NCBI GenBank assembly: GCA_032718475.1
Contig: JAUCBJ010006445.1
Coordinates: 1-47,892 of the forward strand
Source: Nemertoderma westbladi
Taxonomy: Eukaryota; Animalia; Xenacoelomorpha
Direction of reading: 5' to 3'
DNA: 47,892 nt
The position numbers and the translations under genes are program-made. Positions 12,586 through 23,500 of this stretch are shown piece after piece (positions within the stretch are counted from its first letter, which is position 1; each line of letters starts with the position of its first letter). Under the pieces are notes generated by a model, which saw nothing but the letters and a program-made list of their open reading frames with translations, searched no databases and was not told where the DNA came from.

Positions 12586-13925
12586 ATTTTCGCTAGATTA
12601 CTTGACTATGGGAATAATCAATTTGACTATACAGTTGACAGCAATTATATGACTAATTGTTAGTCATCAACAAACAAATCACTTTTCCCTCCGAAATGAA
12701 AAGTCTTTGAAAATGGTAACATTGTTTAAACAGACCAGTACCACGAACAAAATGTTTAAAACATGAAACTACCGATTCTAAACTCCACTCATCTGGCCAG
12801 CGATTTTGGTCCAAAAAGTACCAACCAGTGGCACTGCTAAGTACAACTAAATATCAAAAAATGCACCTAAAACGAGTTACATTAACTATGTTATGATTAA
12901 TATGGACTGGACAGTTGTGGACATGGTCACATTTGACATTAAAGGGAAACATATTGGGCGATAAGACAAACAATATTAACAAAAGATTTAACACTTATAA
13001 TATAAATCACTCATTCATAAAGACCCTGATATCCCTAAGGGTTTCTTAAAAAATAAATGGAATTAACTTTAACATGTCCCAGAAACAGCGGAATTCAGAA
13101 AATGACACCGAATTTTTTAGTATTTCCTAAGTGTAAAAAATTACATGGGTGATCCATAAAAATACGTTTTAGTTAGGTTTTAAGAAATCGTGTGAAACAG
13201 TGTCTTAGCAGCCAATAATTACAATCACTCACTCGTAGGAAACCACCCGGATCAGGATACTTTAAAGTGAAACTTTACATTCAAAGAATGTAAATAATTA
13301 CAGAAATCATCATATGTGAATTAGTAACTATAGCCATTAATAACTGCGGAGTAGAAAACATAATTTTTAATGAAAATGAAAAATTTAATGGAAATGAAAA
13401 ATAAACAAATTTTAACAGGAAGTCCGAAAGTAACACTCAATCACTCGGACATAATAGTTTTCCGCTTAGTTTTTCGAACGCGAACTTCGTGTAAGATTTA
13501 CATATTTTTCTCCTTATAATCCTTAATGATTCTGGATATAAAGTTCTCAGGAACTGGGTAAACTTTTTTTACTTATTTTTATTTATTTTAAGATCCACCT
13601 CCGAAGAAGTTTTAAAAGGGAATTAAGGTAACGTTTTGCAAACGTGTTACGGAACAAACAAGCAAGGACATTATTATGTCGTGATTAACTTACTATTATT
13701 GTAATAACAAAGATTTGGAACTAAATTTGTGCATCAAATTGTTTGTAGACCTACTTCAAAAAATACTTTCACCACCGCGTAACTAAAAACTTCCAGTCAA
13801 AGAAATGGCAACGCCACCAAAAAAAGGTGATACAATTAATAAATTACAATAGTTGGAATGATTTACGTACTAAACCTCATAGTTGCAAATTTATTTAAAT
13901 AATTTAACCCCCAAATAGAAATACA

Positions 13926-14530
13926 TTACAAATTGATCTCGAAAGCTTTTTGTTGGCTCTTTGGGGGCGTGAATGGATTGCGAGTGTTTACCTGGGGGGG
14001 CGGGCGGCTGGTCTGGGGGGGCTGGCGGCTGGACTGGGGGGGCTGACGGCTGGCCTGTTGCGCGCCCGCGGGCGTCACAGACCAACGAGCTTCGAAGTCG
14101 CCGCCGGTGCTCGATTCGCCCCGGAGTTCCGACGCCCAGGAGAGTTCCTCATCGAACTGAGTCGACAGTTGTCGGAGCGTCGGCCGCGACGGCTGGTAGC
14201 TGATCCGGTTAGCGCCCCCTCGCGGCTGATAGTGGGCCGTGCTCATGGAATGGTAGGCCGGCGAGTTACGGGTGAAGGGCTGAGGAAGTTGGTTGAAGGC
14301 GGGCGGCGCTTCGAAGCTGCGCGGGGGTACGGCGACGGGGGGAGCGCGGCCGTGCGGGAGGGCGAGACTCGATCGGTCTCGGGGTTGTTCCGGCAGGGTA
14401 AGACTCGGTTGCTCCAACGGGACATCCACGGTCGCCGCCCGGTGTAGCCCTCTAGTGGGGCCCGTCGCGAAAGGGTTGGTAGGGCGAGGTGCGAATGGCG
14501 CTGAGTTGCTTATAGGCTGCTGCCATGGCA
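13926..14530 (-). CDS. numb: numb final coding exon (Pro-rich, TNPF, RNPF, FEINL*)
   Basis: TTTTCCACAG|TG acceptor. C-terminus resembles Numb NPF..FEIEL. Confidence 0.92.
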
Positions 14531-17500
14531 CTGTGGAAAAGAAAAGTAAACATTTAATATATTGGAGATAATGTAATTTACATAATTCATTGACCTGACC
14601 CCCCCCTCCCAATTTTTATACATATTATCTCAAAGAGATTGCGCGCAGTTATTATTCAACCTTACAGATATTTGTTGGTTGGTACCAATGTAAAGAACAG
14701 GTCCTTAGACTTATCGCGGGGATTGTAGTGCAGTAGTCGGGCCTCCGCCACTTCCTGGGTTTGAAAAATTAATTTTATTAATCAGCTGATTCCAACTTGG
14801 AAATAATCAATCAGCCTTGGTAGTAACTTATGAGATTGCCAGACAGTCTTTCCGCTGATGTTCAACTTCCTGAACTAACAGTCTTAGTGTTTTAGTGAAA
14901 CACAAACACTTGTAAAAGACACTTTCAATCGGGTGAAGCAAATGATTACAAGAAAATAAAAATTAAAATGAACTAAAACGTTCATACAAGGTCCAGTTTA
15001 ATTTATACTTATATATTTGAAATCTGTGGACATCAACACAAATTAAAAATAGAAACAGTTACGCAAATCGTTACGAGATACATACCCGGGGGATTGTTTG
15101 GGGTGGAATTCATGGAATGTTGTAAACCATAAGAGTTGAATCCCGGCTGAGGGATGGGTGCGGGATTTAGTCGATCCCCAAAGGGATTCACAAAGGGAAC
15201 CCCTCCTCCAGGGGGCGGGGATTGTGTATTCCCGACCTGAGAACCGCCGATCGGTTGCTGAGCGTTGCTCATTGGCTGGACGAACCCGTTGTGGTTAGGT
15301 AACGGTTGTTTGGCAACGGGGAATGGGTCACCAAAGGGGTCGCCGCCTATAAAGGTGTTGGTTATCTGTTGGCAGACCCCGGATATCGATTGGTCGGCTT
15401 GGGAGCGAACTGGGCTCGGCGCGGGGGCTACCGTAAAGTTAAAACGAAATATTATTAGTGTGGAAACTATGGAGATTAATTCTAGAACAAAAATGTAAAA
15501 CTTTCGGCCATACTATATTATAGGACAACGCATTAAGTTACCGACAGACGACGTAATGACTACAATAACAGGCATACAGTACTTCGCTTTATAGCACGTA
15601 CATAATATGTAGGTTAAGGATATTTAATTCATTTATCTATTTAAAAAACCCACATATCATCAGAGTTACACCTAATATCATAACGAGAGCAACCGATTGG
15701 TCTCGTTATGATATTAGGTGTAACAACAACTGTGTATGTGGGGTTTATTAAAATACAAAATAAATATTCTTAAAAAATCATAAAATTTAAATATCTTTCT
15801 GAAATAAATAAGTAAATTATAGTAGAATAATAATGACGTCATCCCACTTACATCCGTCGCCCTCGGGCAATGGTGACGGGATTCCGTTAACGGCACCTCT
15901 CTCTGTGGGACCCTTAGCGGTACGTCGTTGCAATGTCGACGGCAATTCGTCCAACTTGAGGGAAAGTTGCCGCTTGAAGGGGCTGGCCTCGCTAAGAGCG
16001 GGGAAACCTCGGAATGACTGCTGGCGTTGGAGGGCCGTGAGCGGGGCGTGTCTGCGGGGCACTGCGGCTGCGGGGTCCACTACGGCGGCGCTGGGAGGGG
16101 GGGCCGTCCGGGTGGGGGAGGGGGTCTCGCTCGCAGCGCTGGAACCCGCCTCAGGGACACCTGCACAGATATCAAACAGATATAAAAATTTTTCCTTTTA
16201 AATTCACCAAATTATTTATATTAACAATAAGATAATTGTCTCAAAATTACACTAAATATTATCAGTTGTTAACATTATCATATAAACATTAACAGTTGAC
16301 GTTATCTAAAACTAGGCAACATACATAAACTATAAAAAGCACATGAATAACAAATTTCTCAATGTAATTAATAATTAAATCTATTCCACAAATTTACCCT
16401 TTCACCCCCCCCCCCCCCCCCCCCCCCACCCCCTCACCCTGATGGAAGATAAGACAGGCAGATATAAAGCCGTATTAGCACACTCATTCTGTTACACTCA
16501 TTCTGGGACTCGTGTTTCGACTAAACTTCCTCCACTTATGTTACACTCATTCTGGGACTCGTGTTTCGGCTAGACTTCCTCCACTTATGTTACACTCATT
16601 CTGGGACTCGTGTTTCGTCCCTCCACTTATGTTACACTCATTCTGGGACTCGTGTTTCGGCTAGACTTCCTCCACTTATGTTACACTCATTCTGGGACTC
16701 GTGTTTCGGCTAGACTTCCTCCACTTATGTTACACTCATTCTGGGACTCGTGTTTCGTCCTCCACTTATGTTACACTCATTCTGGGACTCGTGTTTCGGC
16801 TAGACTTCCTCCACTTATGTTACACTCATTCTGGAACTCGTGTTTCGTCCCCCACTTATGTTACACTCATTCTGGGACTCGTGTTTCGGCTAGACTTCCT
16901 CCACTTATGTTACACTCATTCCGGGACTCGTGTTTCAGCTAAACTTCCTCCACTTATGTTACACTCATTCTGGAACTCGTGTTTCGTCCTCCACTTATGT
17001 TACACTCATTCCGGGACTCGTGTTTCAGCTAGACTTCCTCCACTTATGTTACACTCATTCTGGGACTCGTGTTTCGGCTAGACTTCCTCCACTTATGTTA
17101 CACTCATTCTGGGACTCGTGTTTCGCTCCTCCACTTATGTTACACTCATTCTGGGACTCGTGTTTCGGCTAGACTTCCTCCACTTATGTTACACTCATTC
17201 TGGGACTCGTGTTTCGTCTAGACTTCCTCCACTTATGTTACACTCATTCTGGAACTCGTGTTTCGTCCTCCACTTATGTTACACTCATTCCGGGACTCGT
17301 GTTTCGGCTAGACTTCCTCCACTTATGTTACACTCATTCTGGAACTCGTGTTTCGTCCCCCACTTATGTTACACTCATTCTGGGACTCGTGTTTCGGCTA
17401 GACTTCCTCCACTATGTTACACACATTCTGGGACTCGTGTTTCGTCTAGACTTCCTCCACTTATGTTACACTCATTCTGGAACTCGTGTTTCGTCCTCCA

Positions 17501-20500
17501 CTTATGTTACACTCATTCCGGGACTCGTGTTTCGGCTAGACTTCCTCCACTTATGTTACACTCATTCTGGAACTCGTGTTTCGTCCCCCACTTATGTTAC
17601 ACTCATTCTGGGACTCGTGTTTCGTCTAGACTTCCTCCACTTATGTTACACTCATTCTGGGACTCGTGTTTCGGCTAGACTTCCTCCACTTATGTTACAC
17701 TCATTCTGGAACTCGTGTTTCGTCCCCCACTTATGTTACACTCATTCTGGGACTCGTGTTTCGTCTAGACTTCCTCCACTTATGTTACACTCATTCTGGG
17801 ACTCGTGTTTCGGCTAGACTTCCTCCACTTATGTTACACTCATTCTGGGACTCGTGTTTCGGCTAGACTTCCTCCACTTATGTTACACTCATTCTGGAAC
17901 TCGTGTTTCGTCCCCCACTTATGTTACACTCATTCTGGGACTCGTGTTTCGTCTAGACTTCCTCCACTTATGTTACACTCATTCTGGGACTCGTGTTTCG
18001 GCTAGACTTCCTCCACTATGTTACACACATTCTGGGACTCGTGTTTCGTCTAGACTTCCTCCACTTATGTTACACTCATTCTGGAACTCGTGTTTCGTCC
18101 TCCACTTATGTTACACTCATTCCGGGACTCGTGTTTCGGCTAGACTTCCTCCACTTATGTTACACTCATTCTGGGACTCGTGTTTCGGCTAGACTTCCTC
18201 CACTATGTTACACACATTCTGGGACTCGTGTTTCGTCTAGACTTCCTCCACTTATGTTACACTCATTCTGGAACTCGTGTTTCGTCCTCCACTTATGTTA
18301 CACTCATTCCGGGACTCGTGTTTCGGCTAGACTTCCTCCACTTATGTTACACTCATTCTGGAACTCGTGTTTCGTCCCCCACTTATGTTACACTCATTCT
18401 GGGACTCGTGTTTCGTCTAGACTTCCTCCACTTATGTTACACTCATTCTGGGACTCGTGTTTCGGCTAGACTTCCTCCACTTATGTTACACTCATTCTGG
18501 AACTCGTGTTTCGTCCCCCACTTATGTTACACTCATTCTGGGACTCGTGTTTCGTCTAGACTTCCTCCACTTATGTTACACTCATTCTGGGACTCGTGTT
18601 TCGGCTAGACTTCCTCCACTTATGTTACACACATTCTGGGACTCGTGTTTCGTCTAGACTTCCTCCACTTATGTTACACTCATTCTGGAACTCGTGTTTC
18701 GTCCTCCACTTATGTTACACTCATTCCGGGACTCGTGTTTCGGCTAGACTTCCTCCACTTATGTTACACTCATTCTGGAACTCGTGTTTCGTCCCCCACT
18801 TATGTTACACTCATTCTGGGACTCGTGTTTCGGCTAGACTTCCTCCACTATGTTACACACATTCTGGGACTCGTGTTTCGTCTAGACTTCCTCCACTTAT
18901 GTTACACTCATTCTGGAACTCGTGTTTCGTCCTCCACTTATGTTACACTCATTCCGGGACTCGTGTTTCGGCTAGACTTCCTCCACTTATGTTACACTCA
19001 TTCTGGAACTCGTGTTTCGTCCCCCACTTATGTTACACTCATTCTGGGACTCGTGTTTCGTCTAGACTTCCTCCACTTATGTTACACTCATTCTGGGACT
19101 CGTGTTTCGTCTAGACTTCCTCCACTTATGTTACACTCATTCTGGGACTCGTGTTTCGGCTAGACTTCCTCCACTATGTTACACACATTCTGGGACTCGT
19201 GTTTCGTCTAGACTTCCTCCACTTATGTTACACTCATTCTGGAACTCGTGTTTCGTCCCCCACTTATGTTACACTCATTCTGGGACTCGTGTTTCGGCTA
19301 GACTTCCTCCACTTATGTTACACTCATTCTGGGACTCGTGTTTCGGCTAGACTTCCTCAGCTATGTTACACACATTCTGGGACTCGTGTTTCGTCTAGAC
19401 TTCCTCCACTTATGTTACACTCATTCTGGAACTCGTGTTTCGTCCCCCACTTATGTTACACTCATTCTGGGACTCGTGTTTCGGCTAGACTTCCTCCACT
19501 TATGTTACACACATTCTGGGACTCGTGTTTCGTCTAGACTTCCTCCACTTATGTTACACTCATTCTGGGACTCGTGTTTCGGCTAGACTTCCTCCACATA
19601 TGTTACACTCATTCCGGGGCTCGTGTTTCGGCTAGACTTCCTTCACTTATGTTACACTCATTCTGGGACTCGTGTTTCGTCCTCCACTTATGTTACACTC
19701 ATTCTGGGAATCGTGTTTCGGCTAGACTTCCTCCACTTATGTTACACTCATTCTGGGACTCGTGTTTCGGCTAGACTTCCTTCACTTATGTTACACTCAT
19801 TCTGGGACTCGTGTTTCGTCCTCCACTTATGTTACACTCATTCTGGGAATCGTGTTTCGGCTAGACTTCCTCCACTTATGTTACACTCATTCTGGGACTC
19901 GTGTTTCGTCCTCCACTTATGTTACACTCATTCTGGGAATCGTGTTTCGGCTAGACTTCATCCACTTATGTTACACTCATTCTGGGAATCGTGTTTCGTC
20001 CCCCACTTATGTTACACTCATTCTGGGAATCGTGTTTCGTCCCCCACTTATGTTACACTCATTCTGGGAATCGTGTTTCGTCCCCCACTTATGTTACACT
20101 CATTCTGGGACTCGTGTTTCGTCCTCCACTTATGTTACACTCATTCTGGGACTCGTGTTTCGTCCTCCACTTATATGTTACACTCATTCTGGGAATCGTG
20201 TTTCGTCCCCCACTTATGTTACACTCATTCTGGGACTCGTGTTTCGTCCTCCACTTATGTTACACTCATTCTGGGACTCGTGTTTCGTCCTCCACATATG
20301 TTACACTCATTCTGGGAATCGTGTTTCGTCCTCCACTTATGTTACACTCATTCTGGGAATCGTGTTTCGTCCCCCACTTATGTTACACTCATTCTGGGAA
20401 TCGTGTTTCGTCCCCCACTTATGTTACACTCATTCTGGGACTCGTGTTTCGTCCTCCACTTATGTTACACTCATTCTGGGACTCGTGTTTCGTCCTCCAC

Positions 20501-23500
20501 TTATGTTACACTCATTCTGGGAATCGTGTTTCGTCCTCCACTTATGTTACACTCATTCTGGGAATCGTGTTTCGTCCCCCACTTATGTTACACTCATTCT
20601 GGGACTCGTGTTTCGTCCTCCACTTATGTTACACTCATTCTGGGACTCGTGTTTCGGCTAGACTTCCTCCACTTATGTTACACTCATTCTGGGACTCGTG
20701 TTTCGTCCTCCACTTATGTTACACTCATTCTGGGAATCGTGTTTCGTCCTCCACTTATGTTACACTCATTCTGGGACTCGTGTTTCGTCCTCCACTTATG
20801 TTACACTCATTCTGGGACTCGTGTTTCGTCCTCCACTTATGTTACACTCATTCTGGGACTCGTGTTTCGTCCTCCACTTATGTTACACTCATTCTGGGAA
20901 TCGTGTTTCGTCCTCCACTTATGTTACACTCATTCTGGGAATCGTGTTTCGTCCCCCACTTATGTTACACTCATTCTGGGACTCGTGTTTCGTCCTCCAC
21001 TTATGTTACACTCATTCTGGGACTCGTGTTTCGGCTAGACTTCCTCCACTTATGTTACACTCATTCTGGGACTCGTGTTTCGTCCTCCACTTATGTTACA
21101 CTCATTCTGGGAATCGTGTTTCGTCCTCCACTTATGTTACACTCATTCTGGGACTCGTGTTTCGTCCTCCACTTATGTTACACTCATTCTGGGACTCGTG
21201 TTTCGTCCTCCACTTATATGTTACACTCATTCTGGGAATCGTGTTTCGTCCCCCACTTATGTTACACTCATTCTGGGACTCGTGTTTCGTCCTCCACTTA
21301 TGTTACACTCATTCTGGGACTCGTGTTTCGTCCTCCACTTATGTTACACTCATTCTGGGAATCGTGTTTCGTCCTCCACTTATGTTACACTCATTCTGGG
21401 ACTCGTGTTTCGGCTAGACTTCCTCCACTTATGTTACACTCATTCTGGGACTCGTGTTTCGACTAAACTTCCTCCACTTATGTTACACTCATTCTGGGAA
21501 TCGTGTTTCGTCCTCCACTTATGTTACACTCATTCTGGGAATCGTGTTTCGTCCCCCACTTATGTTACACTCATTCTGGGAATCGTGTTTCGTCCCCCAC
21601 TTATGTTACACTCATTCTGGGACTCGTGTTTCGTCCTCCACTTATGTTACACTCATTCTGGGAATCGTGTTTCGTCCTCCACTTATGTTACACTCATTCT
21701 GGGACTCGTGTTTCGGCTAAACTTCCTCCACTTATGTTACACTCATTCTGGGAATCGTGTTTCGTCCTCCACTTATGTTACACTCATTCTGGGACTCGTG
21801 TTTCGGCTAAACTTCCTCCACTTATGTTACACTCATTCTGGGAATCGTGTTTCGGATAGACTTCCTCCACTTACCTGCGACAGAATCCCGCGATGAAGTA
21901 TCGACTTCTGAGTTTGACTGTTTGAACTTTGCCGGACTGCTGGTTGCGGATGTAGACAGCTTCTCCGAACTAGTGGCCGCCACTTTCTGTTGGGTCTCCA
22001 AGGCAACCGCCTTCTCTCTCTGTTGTTTCTTCTCGAGACAAGCGGAAAACGCGCATCCCACTGCGTGGCTCAGTCGCTCGCCCTGCAGATATATTTGTAA
22101 ATAAATATTATTATACTAAATTAAAGTAGTAATACCACATTAAATAATAATATTGATAATTTTTTATATAAACTATTTGACATTAATGCTTCCTTACTTA
22201 ATGTTAAAAATACAGAGCCGAACAACATAAACCAATACTGGATATTGAGTGTGTGCATGGATTTTGCTTAAATTATGTGCAACCCTTTTCTACCTCGAAC
22301 CCCTTTCAACAAATGTTTACAACACATTAATTTAATAATAACTAATAACTATACGTCATTGTTCGTAAACTAGCACTTAATAGCGTTACGGTTACGGCAC
22401 GAGTGAGTTTTAATAACAAAGAGGGCCCTGTTATTTTGCGTATATTTTGAAATTGTAAAAAAATTGAGAAAATATTAATATTAGACTAATAATACTTGAC
22501 TGAATACTAGATTAATACTAAACTAGCACTACTAGCTATGCTAATGCTATAGTATCCAGTGCAATGTTTTTTTCAATGTTAGTTATATCATTTACTTTAT
22601 GTATGTGCATTGTACATATTTTATGGAAATAATGGAAAGGAAATTAATAATAAAAAAAAAAAAAAAACTATTGTAGAATATAATGACCAAACATATTGAT
22701 GATATTATATAGCAGTTTGCAGTACATATTTATTTGATATAAGTTAAAAAAAAACGACGTAAGTCGATTATGTAAGCGGATTCAATTCCATGCACTACCC
22801 ACCGAAAATGGGATTAGTGGCATTTTACCAATTATAGTTGGCGAGGTGACATTACCAATAATAATGTCACCTCAACAGCAGCAACGAGGCGGTACCGGCC
22901 CGCCACACCGGATTCGCCAACGAGGGACGCTCCGGACGTTGAGGAGGAGGGCGGCCGAGTACGAGGAGGAGGGGAGAATGAGTCGACGCGAGATCACAGC
23001 GGCGAACGAGGTACCGAAGTCGCCGGTCAACCAGTGGTCGAGGGCGGCGAACGGCCCACCGGAACGGCAACGGTGGGGCCGACGGTACGGCGCCGGACGA
23101 GGGCCGGACTGGGCCAATACCACCCATGACCCATAAAACGTACCACACCACTACCGGTATGCGAGTCTTGTACATTATAACTTTATTTTGCATTAGATAT
23201 TGGGTTATACGATTATACGAAATATATACACCATGAACCGTAATATAGTGTCATTTTCTGATGACACGGGTTTTCTACAAATCTTTATCATATTGATTGA
23301 AATTTGAAACACAACTAGTTCAATTCACCGTGGTTGTTACCATGAAGCCGGAATTTTCGATTTCGCCTTTAAATTTTATTTATAAGCGTTTAAAAAAAGT
23401 GTCTTGCGAAATCGCACCCTCTGTATCATTGCCATTCTTCACTTTAGTCGTAATTTTTTCACATCAATAGAAAGCTTGCGTTGCAAGGATTCAAAATATG

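Noticed and set aside
13891-16201. Overlapping antisense and alternative-frame ORFs over numb exons 5-7
   Set aside because: Expected shadows of GC-rich coding exons, with no recognisable protein features.
16610-21896. Numerous long plus-strand ORFs (up to 491 aa, [13 protein letters not shown] repeats)
   Set aside because: They are translations of the 49/41-bp minisatellite in all three frames, antisense within a numb intron.
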